Origin: Nitrospirota bacterium
Lineage (GTDB): Bacteria; Nitrospirota; UBA9217
Reading direction: 5' to 3'
NCBI GenBank assembly: GCA_963749655.1
Contig: CAVVOB010000013.1
Span: 192,001-256,000 of the forward strand
DNA: 64,000 bases
The notes beneath the pieces were generated by a model. The model saw only the letters and a list, made by a program, of their open reading frames with translations. It was not told the DNA's origin and ran no database searches. Every line of letters starts with the position of its first letter. Positions within the stretch are counted from its first letter, which is position 1. Positions 52,717 through 64,000 of this stretch are shown here, piece after piece. The position numbers were made by a program, and so were the translations under genes.

Positions 52717-52745
52717 TTGACAGGAAGCGAATCGTCCCTGATAAT
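52717..52745 (+). promoter_or_regulatory. Sigma70-like promoter
   Basis: TTGACA-N17-GATAAT. Confidence 0.55.
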
Positions 52746-52949
52746 CGCACCAAGCCCATCTTCTCGAAAAAACGAGCGCCTGAACTGGGAGCGCGCGGAG
52801 GGGAAGGAAAAGGTAATAACAACATTTTTAAACAAAGGAGGGAAACGAAAACCGCTGGCCGTTGAAAACAACCATCATGATGCCGATACGTTAGCCTTAC
52901 ACCTAAAAACCGCAGAATGCGGTTTCATCCAAGCACAAGGAGGATGTTG

Positions 52950-54474
52950 ATGCAGAATGCACAGGGTTTAGGCAGGCGGGACTTTATCAAGGGCGTGGCA
53001 ATGGCCGCGCTCGCTTCAGGCTTTATCAGTTCCCGGCAGGCGCGGGCATGTGAGGAACATGAGGAACAGTCTCATCTGCCGGAGGGCTTAACTGCCGAGC
53101 TCCAGGCCCCTCCGCAGATCACGGCAGCGCGGGGCAGTGAAAAATTCTGGAGTCAGGTGCGGAAGGCCTTTCCTCTCCCCGAGAATTACATCCACATGAA
53201 CACCGGCACCACGGGCTCTCAGCCCCTCTTCTCGCTCATCAATCTCGGCGTCTACAATCTTTATAAATCGCTCGACCCCCGGGACTGGAGCGCGAATCTC
53301 AACGAAAAATTCCCGGACCTCCTCCCAATCACGACCTCAGCCATCGCCGCGCGCCAGGCAGCGATCGCGTCGATGTACAATGCCAACGCCGACGAGATCG
53401 TGCTGTCCTACAACACCACCGATGCGTGCAATCTCATCTTTGCCGGCACGCCCTGGAACGCCGGCGACAGGATCATCACGACCCACTGGGAACATGCGGC
53501 CCTTACCGGCCCCATTGCCTGGGCGCGCGACTACCGCGGCGTCGACGTGCGCATCGTGGAGCTGCCGTCGAACTTCACGTCGTCAGCTACCAAGGCCGAC
53601 GTGCTGGCTCTTTTCGAGACAGGAGCTCGTCCGGGGCCTCGGAGCGGGCAACAAGCAGTACATCGCAGTGAGCGAGGTCTTCTACAAGAACGGATTGCGC
53701 ATGCCGGTCAAAGAGATCGCCGCGCTCGCCCGAAACCACGGCGCCTACACGATCATCGACTCGGCCCACGGCTGGGGCCAGCTGCCCGTCGATTGTCATG
53801 ATTACGGCGCGGACTTCATCTGCGGCGCGGGGCACAAGTGGCTGTGCGGCGGACCGGGAACGGGCATCTTCTACATCCGCAACGCCGGCTCCGGCCTGCC
53901 GCCCTTCAACCTGGGGAACTGGAGCTCTTACGGCAACCTGTTCATCAGCCCGAGCGTCCGGTACGACAACCGGAACTGGTCGCCTGCCGGGTCCATGCAG
54001 GGCCGCGGAGAAACGAACACTCCGGCGCTTTTTGCCATGACCGATTCGGCCGCGTTCTTCAGCACCGTCGGCATCCGGGACATCTACGACCGCGGCGTCG
54101 CCCTCGGCAATCATCTTAAACAAAAAGTAGCCGCTCAGTGGGGCAGCCGGGCCCTCTGGATCCAGAAAAATTCCGATTCCTCCTTTGCTACGGCGCTCAC
54201 GTCCTTCAATCCCTTCGCCGGCAGGGACGATGCGGCGCAGTTCTCGGCCATGAACACGGCCATGCAGAGCGTATTGAACGCCCTTGCTTCGGAAGATCCG
54301 AAGATCTACCTCAGAACGGTCACATGGCGGGACCGGGCTGCCGACCTGTCGGACAACAGGATCGGCTTCAGGATCAGCACTCACGCCGTGTATAACAATT
54401 TCGACGACGTGGACCACATGTTCGAGCGGCTCGTCGCTGCAATAAACGCGACGGGTCTTCCGCAGTTGAACTGA
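52950..54474 (+). CDS. Tat-exported aminotransferase class V / isopenicillin-N-epimerase-like PLP enzyme (frameshift near 53620)
   Basis: GRRDFIK, MNTGTTG, NTT, EH, DSAH and GHKWLCG motifs. Confidence 0.85.
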
Positions 54475-54488
54475 TGAAGGAACGAGAG

Positions 54489-54522
54489 GCAGGCCGGGGG
54501 GCGATTGCCCCGGCCTGCTTTT
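54489..54522 (+). terminator. Rho-independent terminator
   Basis: GCAGGCCGGGG/CCCCGGCCTGC stem followed by TTTT. Confidence 0.7.
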
Positions 54523-55303
54523 ATAACTTTGAAAGTATTGTCCTCATGGCCCTTGTTTTTCAACTGTAACCCAATTCCGTATTTCAGAAATCCGCATTCC
54601 GCATTGGGACTGAGCCTACTCCAAATATACCCTATCAACCGACTTGACTTTATCGGCCATATTCCTATAATCGTCGTATCCAGCCAGATTCATGTTTCCT
54701 CCATCAATTGAAAAACACCTCGACACGATTTTTTTTTCTCCACGGCTGTTCGTCTTCCGGTAGAAAATTGCTTAGGAATTACGGAAACGCGATCAATTGC
54801 TCCATACTCAAGTCGTAAGGCCGGCCGGCACGCTCGATACGACGGCATCAAACGATAATATCCTGATTACCTATGCCGATTATCCGGGCGACAGCCGCCC
54901 GGTTGCGGCTTTTGGCAGTATCAATAACAGATATTTTGTCGTCTGGGAATACGGCCTGACCGGAAGCAAGTACGGCGATATCCACGGAGGTATTGTCAAC
55001 TCGAAGGGTTTCCCGCCGGCGATATCTCCGTGCTGTCGAATGGCGGTGAGTGGTAGTACGTGCCTTTACGGGACGACGCACAGAGTTACTGCCTTAGGAT
55101 TTTACCCGTGTTCATCCGTGGTTTCAAAGGTCTCTTTTTGAGGATCTCCAACCTTTTCTTCTCCTCAATTCTTCCCCTCGCAGTTGAACAAGTAAAAACC
55201 TCAGCCTGGATAAACTCCCTTCACAGAGAGATATAATAGATACAAACAGGCTTATTGTTGATGTTTCGCCGTGCAAAGGGCCGATCGAGAGGAGGCCTTC
55301 ATT

Positions 55304-55999
55304 ATGAACAGATTTATTTTAGCTATGATAATGGCTGTTGCGCTGATATCAGGGGCCGGACCTGCGTTTGCGCAGGAGAACAGCGGGGTCAGCCTCGGCG
55401 TTAAAATGTGGGTGAACGACTGGACCCATGAGGTGCCGGGATTCTCAAGTGTGACTTCGGACGTAACAACGCTCTTCGGTCCGACGATCGAGGCGAGATT
55501 CGGCGATCAACTGTTTCTGGAGGGTTCCTATCTTGTTTCTCTCAATGATTACGACTTCGGCAATGCGGGCGTCGGGAGCACTGCCCAGCCCGGGACCTTC
55601 AGCCGTGCAGATACGGAGGCACTGGCCGGGTTCTACGTGGTTCCCGGCGTTGGTTTGCTGGCCGGTTATAAATACACGACTCTTGAAGACAAGAACGCGG
55701 GAGTCAAGGACACCTTGTCCGGTCCGCTGATCGGCATCCGCGGAATCGGCCGCCTCGACCGGGTCTACTCAATCTACGGAACGTTCGAGTATCTCTTTAC
55801 GCAGTTCAAGGAGACAGACTCTGCGGGATCATTGAAAGAGAACAGTCCGGGATGGATCTTCGAATTCGGGCTCCAGGCATACTTGACCCAGGTCATCTCC
55901 GCTACCATCGGCTATAAGTTCGAAACGAACACGGGGAACGACACGAACGTCACGGATTCTTTCTCCGGGCTGACGGCCGGCATGCAGGTCGCCTTCTGA
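55304..55999 (+). CDS. Outer membrane beta-barrel protein
   Basis: Signal peptide ending AFA, alternating beta pattern, C-terminal Phe; GGAGG RBS. Confidence 0.8.
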   Translation: MNRFILAMIMAVALISGAGPAFAQENSGVSLGVKMWVNDWTHEVPGFSSVTSDVTTLFGPTIEARFGDQLFLEGSYLVSLNDYDFGNAGVGSTAQPGTFSRADTEALAGFYVVPGVGLLAGYKYTTLEDKNAGVKDTLSGPLIGIRGIGRLDRVYSIYGTFEYLFTQFKETDSAGSLKENSPGWIFEFGLQAYLTQVISATIGYKFETNTGNDTNVTDSFSGLTAGMQVAF

Positions 56000-56034
56000 C
56001 AATACTTTCATGCAGCGATTGAAAAGAATTTATG

Positions 56035-56057
56035 CGCAGGCTGAAGCCTGCGGCTAC
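56035..56057 (-). repeat. GTAG-type REP
   Basis: GTAGCCGCAGGCTTCAGCCTGCG on the minus strand. Confidence 0.7.
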
Positions 56058-56077
56058 GAATCAGGATATTGGTATTT

Positions 56078-57226
56078 ATGAGGACCGCGTTCATTTATTC
56101 CGATCGATTCGCGCAGTTCGATTACGGCGCGAACCATCCCCTGAAGCTCATCCGGTTGAAGCTCACCTATGAACTGATCCGTGCCTGCGGCCTGCTTGCC
56201 CCTTCGGACCCGCGCGTACGAGAACCGGCTCCCGCAGGGATTGAAGAATTGCTCACCTTTCATACGCGGGAGTATATCGATGTGCTTCGGGCGTCGAACA
56301 ACGGAGAAGAGGTGTCGGGCGCCGAGGAATACGGTTTGGGGCCCGGCGACAACCCTGTTTTCAAAGGGCTCTTCGACGGGTCCCTGCTCGTGGCCGGGGC
56401 TTCACTCCTCGCTGCCGACCTTGTCGAGAGCGGCGAAGCCGAGATCGCTTTCAATATCGCCGGAGGACTTCATCATGCCCGCCCGTCACAGGCATCGGGG
56501 TTCTGCTACATCAACGACCCCGTGCTGGCGATCAAGGCGCTCGTTGCCCGGGGAAGACGGGTCGCCTACATCGACATCGACGCCCACCACGGGGACGGCG
56601 TGCAGTGGGCTTTCTACGACACGGACCGGGTGCTGACCATATCCCTGCACGAGACAGGCCGCTTCCTCTTTCCCGGGACAGGCTTTGCGCAGGAGCTCGG
56701 CGAGGGGCCGGGAGAGGGTTACAGCGTGAACATCCCGCTTCCGCCTGAAGCGGACGACGAGGTCTTTGCCCATGCCTTCAGCGCGGTAGTTCCCGGTCTC
56801 ATCGAGCAGTTCAAACCCGACATCGTCGTAAGCCAGCTCGGTGTCGATACCTTTCGGAGCGACCCTCTAACCCACCTGAACATCACGACGAACGGATTCT
56901 GCAAAGTTGTCGCAATGATAAAGTCCCTGGCCCCCAAATGGGTGGCCCTCGGCGGAGGGGGATACGACGTGGCGAACGTGGCCCGCGCCTGGACCCTGGC
57001 CTGGGCAGTCATGAACGACGCGGAAGCGCCCGAGGAGATTCCCGAGCACTTTCTCCGGCGCTATGCAGACTTCGGCTTTTCGGGCAGGCAGCTGCGGGAT
57101 GACCCTTTTGCCATCGAGGGGAAGGGGAAAACTGCGATGATGGAGGACGCAGACAGGGTGATCGAGTACGTTATCGACCATGCGGGACAGACCGCTGAGC
57201 GGCGACCAGGCGAAAATTCTGCATAG
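56078..57226 (+). CDS. acuC: Acetoin utilization protein AcuC / HDAC-family deacetylase
   Basis: GGLHHA, GFCYIND, DIDAHHGDG, SLHE, DPL and GGGGY motifs. Confidence 0.92.
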   Translation: MRTAFIYSDRFAQFDYGANHPLKLIRLKLTYELIRACGLLAPSDPRVREPAPAGIEELLTFHTREYIDVLRASNNGEEVSGAEEYGLGPGDNPVFKGLFDGSLLVAGASLLAADLVESGEAEIAFNIAGGLHHARPSQASGFCYINDPVLAIKALVARGRRVAYIDIDAHHGDGVQWAFYDTDRVLTISLHETGRFLFPGTGFAQELGEGPGEGYSVNIPLPPEADDEVFAHAFSAVVPGLIEQFKPDIVVSQLGVDTFRSDPLTHLNITTNGFCKVVAMIKSLAPKWVALGGGGYDVANVARAWTLAWAVMNDAEAPEEIPEHFLRRYADFGFSGRQLRDDPFAIEGKGKTAMMEDADRVIEYVIDHAGQTAERRPGENSA

Positions 57227-57276
57227 CGCATAGAGCATGGCGCAGAGAGCAGAGAGCATAGAGCATAGAGTAGAGG
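57221..57276 (+). repeat. Degenerate heptamer repeat (GCATAGA) x8
   Basis: Read directly; the first unit supplies the acuC stop codon. Confidence 0.88.
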
Positions 57277-57311
57277 GCTCTCCGGAAGTCGTTTGCCGAT
57301 CGGACAGAATT

Positions 57312-57773
57312 ATGCAAAAAACGAGCGCGGGCCTGCTCCTCTACAGGCAGGGAGTCGGCAGGGATCGAGGTTTTTCTTGTCCATCCAGGAGGGCCTTACT
57401 TCACAAAAAAGGACGAGGGCGTCTGGTCTGATCCCGAAAGGGGAGCTCGGAAGAAGGCGAGGACCCACTCAGTGCTGCGCGCCGCGAATTCGAGGAAGAA
57501 ACAGGCTGCAGGCCTGAAGGGGAATTTCATCCTCTTGCTCCCATAAAGCAGAAGAACGGCAAGATCGTGCTGTGCTGGGCAATCCGCGGCGAGTGCGATG
57601 CAGATTCGATCAAGAGCAACACCTTCACCATGGAATGGCCGCCGCGGTCGGGCAGGATGCAGGAATTTCCTGAAGCGGACCGGGCAGGGTGGTTCCTGAT
57701 CGGAGAAGCACGGCAAAAGATGATTCCCGCCCAGGTTGCGCTGCTGGACGAATTGATCCGGTTGATTTCTTGA
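57312..57773 (+). CDS. NUDIX hydrolase (COG4119-like), frameshifted
   Basis: SAGLLLYR, HPGGP, AARREFEEETG, SNTFTMEWPPRSG and FPEADR pieces in several frames. Confidence 0.8.
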
Positions 57774-57786
57774 AGCCGGGCAAACT

Positions 57787-59121
57787 TCACTTCTGAGGCG
57801 TGTCCTTGCCTCCCGGCCCGCTTCGTTCACTGTCCAGTTCTGCAAGGATCTTCTGCGCGCAGTTCGGGCACAGGCCATGAGTGAATAAGGCCTCCGAATG
57901 CTCGCTGATGTACATTTCGAGCTGGCTCCAGTACCCCTTGTCATCCCGGATTTTCTTACAGGAGGCGCAGATCGGCAGCATCCCGCTCAATCGTTTGACC
58001 TTGGCGAGTGCTTCCTGAAGTTTTGTAATGAGACCCTCCCGCTCCGTCTCGGCTCGCTTGCGCTCCGTGATATCAGCCGCTACGCACACTGTTGCCAGCC
58101 TTTCTCCTGAGGTGTTTTTCATGACTGATGTGGACAGCGTCAGTGTACGGAGTTCATTCTCAGGGGTCAGGTACTCGATCTCGCGGTTCCGGACAACCTC
58201 CGCGCCGAAGATTGCTTCGAGTTGCCGCATGAAATCGCCGTGATTGGTTATGCTTTTGGACAGCTGTTCTCCGATGAGGTCCTGCTCGCGGCGGCCGAAC
58301 AGAGAGCATGCTGCATGGTTTACCAGTCTGACGATCCTGTCGGGATCAAGGACGATCAGAACGTCGTTCATGGTGTCAATGATCTGCTGGGCCGCAAAGG
58401 CGGGTGTAATGGCCATGAAACGGTATGTGACGATGGAATAGGCCGAGACCACGACGAAAAAATAAATGCCCAGATACCCGAAGGGGTAAAAGGGAATTCC
58501 GAACGCCGGCAGAAAGTCGATGATTCCGATGGACCCCGCGAGAACGCAGATCAGCAAAGTCCTTGCGCGCGATTTTCGCCGCGGGGTCATTGAGGCGGCC
58601 CGCGTCGCGGAAACGAACCTCATCAGGCTCAATGTCATGCTCGCAAAGAAGTACAGGCAAAAAGGCGCGCTCGTCAAGCTGAACCGGGGGTAGAATCCCC
58701 AGGAGTATCGATAGAGGGATCGGAACTGCATGTCCGTCAGCATCGTAAGGGCGATGAACCCGGCGCTCAGAAGCCACAGGCCGAGCACCTTCTTTCTGAC
58801 CCGATCGTAGTCCTGCAGGATCACTGCGCTGAAATGGTAAAGGGCGGCGGGAATGGATGTAATGCCGAAATATGCCGCCCTGGCCCACCACATCGCCCTG
58901 TCTGCGTCGGAGGCATCGTACATCCGCGAGAAGGAAAACAGCCACACAGTCAGGCTCATAGTCAGTATGAAGTAGACTACACTGATGTGCGATGCTTTCT
59001 CGCGGATAAGCGCAATTATGCCGAGGAAGAAAAGGGCAGCAGCGATCGCCAGCGTCTGGATCGAAAGAGAGCTGAAAGCATAGTCCGTCGGAAAAGGATG
59101 AAAATGCATGGGCACCTGCAT
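57787..59121 (-). CDS. Membrane sensor: 7TM N-terminus, PAS domain, C-terminal CxxC...HxxCxxC motif
   Basis: Hydrophobic N-terminus, PAS ending DITERKRAE, then LPICASCKKIRDDKGYW...THGLCPNC. Confidence 0.82.
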   Translation of the reverse strand: MQVPMHFHPFPTDYAFSSLSIQTLAIAAALFFLGIIALIREKASHISVVYFILTMSLTVWLFSFSRMYDASDADRAMWWARAAYFGITSIPAALYHFSAVILQDYDRVRKKVLGLWLLSAGFIALTMLTDMQFRSLYRYSWGFYPRFSLTSAPFCLYFFASMTLSLMRFVSATRAASMTPRRKSRARTLLICVLAGSIGIIDFLPAFGIPFYPFGYLGIYFFVVVSAYSIVTYRFMAITPAFAAQQIIDTMNDVLIVLDPDRIVRLVNHAACSLFGRREQDLIGEQLSKSITNHGDFMRQLEAIFGAEVVRNREIEYLTPENELRTLTLSTSVMKNTSGERLATVCVAADITERKRAETEREGLITKLQEALAKVKRLSGMLPICASCKKIRDDKGYWSQLEMYISEHSEALFTHGLCPNCAQKILAELDSERSGPGGKDTPQK

Positions 59122-59494
59122 GCTTGCGTTAAGGAAGAGGGGCCGGTACTCTCCCTGAAAGCGACATTCTCACGCTGTGCTTGTTGTCGTTCTTCGCAAT
59201 AGGAAGGGGCAACCCCCGTATTCTGTCCGCAGCACTATGGGTAATCGGGAGCAAAACAACTATTTTACGAAAAGCAATAATTTCCTGTTTTATTATAACA
59301 TAGAAATGGATTGTTGGCTGCCATGGTAACCTTCTGATTTATTGAATTTATCGGTTTCGTGCAGTTTCCGTCCTGCTGTGTGGCTACTGGAGGGGTGGAT
59401 CCGATCTTCATCCCGGCGGCATTAAGGCAATGCGGTTCTGAAGGAAAAAGCGGGCGCTGACGACTTCGGATGCGAGTCCACCCGATTCGGACGA

Positions 59495-59917
59495 TTACTC
59501 ACGCCCCGCACTCCCGGCCTTCATCGCCGCCAGTATGAGCAGCACGGCGATCACGGTGGAGACGATCGCGGGGGTCAGGAAAAAGTTCGTCCAGCACAGA
59601 ACCGCCACTGCTGTCTGGCATACGGCAAAGGGCCAGGCGAAGGTTCGTGACTGACCAGGGGACGCTTCGATAAGGTCTCCCATGCGCCAGGCAAGAACGG
59701 CGGAAAACAGCAGATACACGGTGAGCAGCAGTCCGAAGCCGAGATAGAGCTCCCCGTAGGTCCGGTTGAATCCCATGATCTCAAAACGGACCGTCCGCAT
59801 GGAGGTGAGGACCGCCTCCATCGCCCCTGTGCGCGGCCGGAACAGTCCGACCGTGTGGGTCAGTCCGAAAAAGACCAGAAGTCCTGATGCAGTTTTATAC
59901 AGCAGCGAGGTTTTCAT
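59495..59917 (-). CDS. Hypothetical membrane protein
   Basis: About 4 TM segments; GGAGAAGG RBS. Confidence 0.7.
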   Translation of the reverse strand: MKTSLLYKTASGLLVFFGLTHTVGLFRPRTGAMEAVLTSMRTVRFEIMGFNRTYGELYLGFGLLLTVYLLFSAVLAWRMGDLIEASPGQSRTFAWPFAVCQTAVAVLCWTNFFLTPAIVSTVIAVLLILAAMKAGSAGRE

Positions 59918-60041
59918 CGTTGTTCCTTCTCCGCATCACGTTGCCCTCGCGCGGCCGTTTTCGGCGAGGTAGTTCGACCAGCGAAAAAGGCCGCCGGAAA
60001 TGGCTCCGGCGGCCTTTCTTCTTCTTGAAATTTCCGGCGCT

Positions 60042-60359
60042 CTAACCGCCGACATACCCGCCCGAGAATTCGGGAATCTGAATGTCTGCCGGTCCCACGG
60101 AAACGGTGTTGTCCGCGTATTCGGGCGCGTCCGATCCCTTCCAATCGTAGGGACAGGCATGGGAAAGGATCTGAAGCTTCCAGTCGATTTGATCGGCCAG
60201 TTCGCAGAGATGCCGCTCGAATTTGCCCGCCAGTTCGCCTTCGAGTTTATAGTTGTTTTTCAGGTTGTCCTGCATTTTCATGATCCGGCCCTTGATCGCC
60301 GAGAGCTCGGTGAATACTTCATCGCAATAATCTTTCTTCATGTCTTTCATAGTCGCCAT
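60042..60359 (-). CDS. Hypothetical small protein
   Basis: GGAGG RBS; helical acidic protein with HACPYDW. Confidence 0.7.
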   Translation of the reverse strand: MATMKDMKKDYCDEVFTELSAIKGRIMKMQDNLKNNYKLEGELAGKFERHLCELADQIDWKLQILSHACPYDWKGSDAPEYADNTVSVGPADIQIPEFSGGYVGG

Positions 60360-60590
60360 ATCCGCCTCCTGTCGGGGGCCGCGGCTCCTGTTTTGCTCCG
60401 CGTCCGCCCATGTTTCTACTGCTGTATTAACTATATCACGTTCCGCAAAGTCAGGAAAAAGAGGAGGAAGAAGGTGTTTTTTTGTCCCGAGAGCGAACGG
60501 CTTTTGTCAATTTTCTGTCGGACAAAAGTCGGAGGAAGCAGGAACTTTACCCTTGATGATGGTATACTCAAGAACAGGGAGGAGAACGGC

Positions 60591-61646
60591 ATGCAGGAGA
60601 AGATCGCAGGCCCCTTTTCGGTCAACCGTCTTGCTATCCTTGACGAAAAAGGAAACGCAGACGCAAATCTCGTTCCATCAATATCAGACGCAGAACTGAA
60701 GAGAATGTACGAGACCCTCGTCCTTGCAAGGACCTTTGATCAGCGCGCTCTGAACCTGCAGCGCGAAGGACGGCTCGGCACCTACCCCTCCATCCTCGGC
60801 CAGGAGGCATCGCAGGTGGGAAGCGCCCTGGCTGCGGACAAGCCGGACTGGCTGTTCACCACCTTCAGGGAGAGCGGCGTTTACCTTGCCTTGGGATTTC
60901 CCCTCCATCTCATCTTTCAGTACTGGGCAGGCGATGAACGGGGCATGCAGATCCCCGAAGGCATGAATATTTTCCCCTTGAGCATTCCCGTGGGCACTCA
61001 AATCCCCCACGCTGTGGGCGCGGCAATAGGCGCACAGTACCGGAAGGACAAAGCCGGCGTGCTGGTGTATTTCGGCGACGGTGGCAGTTCGCGGGGAGAC
61101 TTCCATGAAGGGCTGAACATGGCCGGCGTTTTCAAGCTGCCCGTCGTCTTCCTCTGCCAGAACAACCAATGGGCCATATCGGTTCCGAGAGAGCGTCAGA
61201 CCGCAGCGCAGACCATAGCCCAGAAGGCCATTGCCTACGGCATCGAGGGCATCCAGGTGGACGGCAATGACGTCCTTGCCGTGTACAAGGCGACAAAGGA
61301 CGCCCTCGCAAAAGGAAAGGACGGCGGCGGCCCGACACTCATCGAATGTTTTACCTACCGGATGGCGGACCATACGACATCGGACGACGCTACCCGCTAT
61401 CGTTCTCAAGAGGAGATCGAGATGTGGAAGGCGCGCGATCCGCTCCTGCGGATGCGGCTTTTTCTGGAGAAGAAGGGGCTCTGGACGGAAGCGTACCAGA
61501 AGGAGATCGAAGCGCGGTCAAAGACTCTCGTGGACGAGGCCCAGAAAAAGGCCGAGACCGCGGCCCCGCAGGATCCGAAGGACATGTTCACCTATACCTA
61601 CGCCACCCTCACCCAGAGGCAGGCGAGAGAGCTCAAGGACTTCTAA
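60591..61646 (+). CDS. pdhA: 2-oxoacid (pyruvate) dehydrogenase E1 alpha
   Basis: GQEA, TPP motif GDGGSS...QNNQWAIS and [11 protein letters not shown]. Confidence 0.9.
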   Translation: MQEKIAGPFSVNRLAILDEKGNADANLVPSISDAELKRMYETLVLARTFDQRALNLQREGRLGTYPSILGQEASQVGSALAADKPDWLFTTFRESGVYLALGFPLHLIFQYWAGDERGMQIPEGMNIFPLSIPVGTQIPHAVGAAIGAQYRKDKAGVLVYFGDGGSSRGDFHEGLNMAGVFKLPVVFLCQNNQWAISVPRERQTAAQTIAQKAIAYGIEGIQVDGNDVLAVYKATKDALAKGKDGGGPTLIECFTYRMADHTTSDDATRYRSQEEIEMWKARDPLLRMRLFLEKKGLWTEAYQKEIEARSKTLVDEAQKKAETAAPQDPKDMFTYTYATLTQRQARELKDF

Positions 61647-61651
61647 AGATT

Positions 61652-62618
61652 ATGGCTACGATGAATATGGTCCAGGCCTTGAACCTGGCCCTGCGGGAAG
61701 AGATGGAGCGCGACAAGGACGTCGTGGTCCTCGGCGAGGACGTGGGAAAGGACGGCGGCGTGTTCCGCGTGACCGAGGGTCTTTACGACCGGTTCGGCGC
61801 GGACCGGGTGATGGACACCCCGCTCGCGGAAACGGGCATCGTGGGCGCCGCCATCGGCATGGCTGCCTACGGACTGAAGCCTGTTGCCGAGATCCAGTTC
61901 ATGGGATTCATCTACTCCGCCATCGACCAGTTCTTCTCCCATGCGGCCCGCATTCGGGCGCGGTCTCGCGGTCGGTTTACCGTCATCGCTCGTCGTCCGG
62001 ACCCCCTACGGCGGCGGCGTAAAAGCGCTCGAACACCACTCGGAGAGCACCGAGGCCATCTTCTGTCACATGCCGGGCGTGAAAGTGGTTGTGCCCTCGT
62101 CGCCGCGGACGGCGAAAGGGCTGCTGGTCTCCGCGATCCGGGACCCGGATCCCGTTCTGTTCCTCGAACCGACGCGGCTCTACCGGCTGGTCAAGGAAGA
62201 TGTGCCCGAGATCGACTATTCGGTCCCGCTGGGCAAGGCCCGGATCGTCCAGGAAGGGAGCGACGTCACGGTGATCGCCTGGGGGAGCATGCTCCAGCGG
62301 ACGATGAAGGCGGTGGAAGGGTACAACGCCGAGGTGATAGATCTGATGACCCTCTGCCCCTTTGATGAAGAGACCGTTCTGCACTCGACGAAAAAGACGG
62401 GCAGGGTCGTGATTGTTCACGAGGCGACGACGACCTGCGGCCTGGGAGCGGAGCTGTCGGCCACGATCGCCGAGTTCGCCATGCTCCATCTCAAAGCGCC
62501 TATTGTTCGGGTGGCGTCATACGACGTGGTCCTGCCGCTGCCGAAGCTCGAGGACCACTATCTCCCATCAATCGATAAAATTAGAAAAGCACTCGAAACG
62601 GTGCTGCAATACGCCTAG
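61652..62618 (+). CDS. pdhB: E1 beta subunit (frameshift near 61985)
   Basis: GEDVG..GGVFRVT, DTPLAE, EIQF, EHHSES and VHEA motifs. Confidence 0.9.
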
Positions 62619-62803
62619 AATCGCACCGGCGGCCGTTCGATTGGCATTGCGGCTGCGTTCATATTTTAGGGGATTCGTCCAAATCCATGATTTACCACAG
62701 GCGCGGAGACTCAGAGAAGGTACGAATTGACGGTTTCCTCCGCGACTCCGCGGTTCCATAGCTTTTCTTCCTATCATCACGTTTACAGGAAAGGAAATTG
62801 ACC

Positions 62804-64000
62804 ATGGCGTTCGAGTTTATTCTGCCCGACCTGGGCGAGGGGATCACCGAGGCTGAGATTCGGAAGTGGCTTGTCAAAGAGGGCGATACGGTAGAGGAAC
62901 ACCAGTCCGTAGTCGAGCTCGAGACGGACAAGGCCGTTGTGCAGGTGCCGTCGCCGAAAGGCGGCACGGTCCTCAAGATCGGAAAAGAAGAGGGCGAAAC
63001 CGTCACGGTCGGCGAGGTCCTTCTCGTCATCGGCGAAGCCGGTGAGAAGATCGGCGCGCCCCGCGCCGAAGCGCCGGCACAGCAGCCGAAGCCTGCAGAG
63101 CCCCGGAAGTCCGTGTCCGTCGTGGGAGAGCTTCCCGAAGAAGAGGAAGAAGTGAAACCCCGCGTGCCGCCGCGTCCGAAGCCGGCGTCGGCCGCAGCAA
63201 TGCAGGCCGGGAAAGCAACGGAGGTCCTTGCCATGCCTGCTGTCCGGGCTTTCGCACAGGAGCAGGGAGTTGCCATCGGGACCGTTAAAGGTACTGGCCC
63301 CGAAGGGAGCATTACCCGCGACGACGTGCTCAAGGCAGGAAAGAAGCCCGCGGCAGCCGAAGAGCCGGCCGGCCCTGTCGAGCGGATCGCCATCAAGGGG
63401 GTCAGAAAGACGATCGCGAAGAACCTGATCTATTCCCAGAGAACCACTGCCTTTGTTACGGAGGTGGACGAGGCCGACGTGTCCGAGTTGTGGGACCTCA
63501 GGCAGAAGGAGAAAAAAGCGCTCGAGGGCAAAGGGGTCCATCTTACCTTCATGCCCTTTATCATGAAAGCCCTGCAGCACACACTCATGGACTTCGAAAT
63601 GTTCAACGCGTCGGTTGATGAGGCGCGAGAAGAGATCGTAGTCAAGAAATTCTACAACATCGGCGTTGCCGTGGATACTCCGGAGGGGCTGATCGTTCCC
63701 GTGATCAGAAATGTGGAGAAGAAGACCATCCGCGATCTCGCAATCGAGCTCCAGGACCTCAGCAAAAAGACGCGGGAGCGGACGATCAAACTCGAGGACC
63801 TGAAGGGCAGCAGCATTACGATCACCAACTACGGAGCATTCGGCGCCATCTACGCCACGCCGATCATCAACTACCCCGACGTGGCCATCCTTGGGACGGG
63901 CAAAATTGCAGACAAGCCCTGGGTTATGGGAGACCGGATCGCCATCCGCAAGGTCCTTCCCCTTTCCCTTACCTTCGATCACCGCGTGAACGACGGCGCC
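62804..64000 (+). CDS. pdhC: Dihydrolipoamide acyltransferase E2 (runs off the window end)
   Basis: LPDLGEGI, lipoyl ETDKA, GTGPEGSITRDD and SLTFDHRV motifs. Confidence 0.92.
   Translation, partial: MAFEFILPDLGEGITEAEIRKWLVKEGDTVEEHQSVVELETDKAVVQVPSPKGGTVLKIGKEEGETVTVGEVLLVIGEAGEKIGAPRAEAPAQQPKPAEPRKSVSVVGELPEEEEEVKPRVPPRPKPASAAAMQAGKATEVLAMPAVRAFAQEQGVAIGTVKGTGPEGSITRDDVLKAGKKPAAAEEPAGPVERIAIKGVRKTIAKNLIYSQRTTAFVTEVDEADVSELWDLRQKEKKALEGKGVHLTFMPFIMKALQHTLMDFEMFNASVDEAREEIVVKKFYNIGVAVDTPEGLIVPVIRNVEKKTIRDLAIELQDLSKKTRERTIKLEDLKGSSITITNYGAFGAIYATPIINYPDVAILGTGKIADKPWVMGDRIAIRKVLPLSLTFDHRVNDGA

Noticed and set aside
54797-55141. Small ORF
   Set aside because: TTG start, no clear RBS, and it ends in an orphan repeat arm; at best a gene fragment.
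59160-59290. c-di-GMP riboswitch upstream of the sensor gene
   Set aside because: Only a GGGGTTGCC-like fragment is present; the GGCAAA/GAAA/GCAAA core was not found.

Overview
GC-rich bacterial chromosomal window, consistent with an anaerobic Gram-negative organism (Nitrospirota- or Desulfobacterota-like; this is an inference). It contains a selenocysteine formate dehydrogenase next to an AsrA/HydB-like Fe-S subunit, pyk, a complete IS3-family element inserted into a low-GC membrane gene, a small cassette-like accessory array including a four-helix-bundle gene, rsmI, nadE, larC/larB, gpsA, a Liv-type ABC transporter, lsrF with a Zn-dehydrogenase, a gspF/gspE/large CARDB-like/pseudopilin cluster, nth, tRNA-fMet, a large truncated PPDK-like protein, gap-mgsA, a sugar ABC transporter, a Tat-exported PLP enzyme, acuC and pdhABC. 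Many genes carry single-base frameshifts that look like assembly indels. The most striking unexplained signal is non-coding. Most intergenic gaps hold either an 80-240 bp palindromic element whose arms are built from 8-10 nt tandem units (several unrelated sequence families sharing one architecture) or a heptamer array. There is also a 56-bp direct-repeat-bounded gene cassette, a ~188-bp tandem triplication and a helically phased inverted CGAC array.
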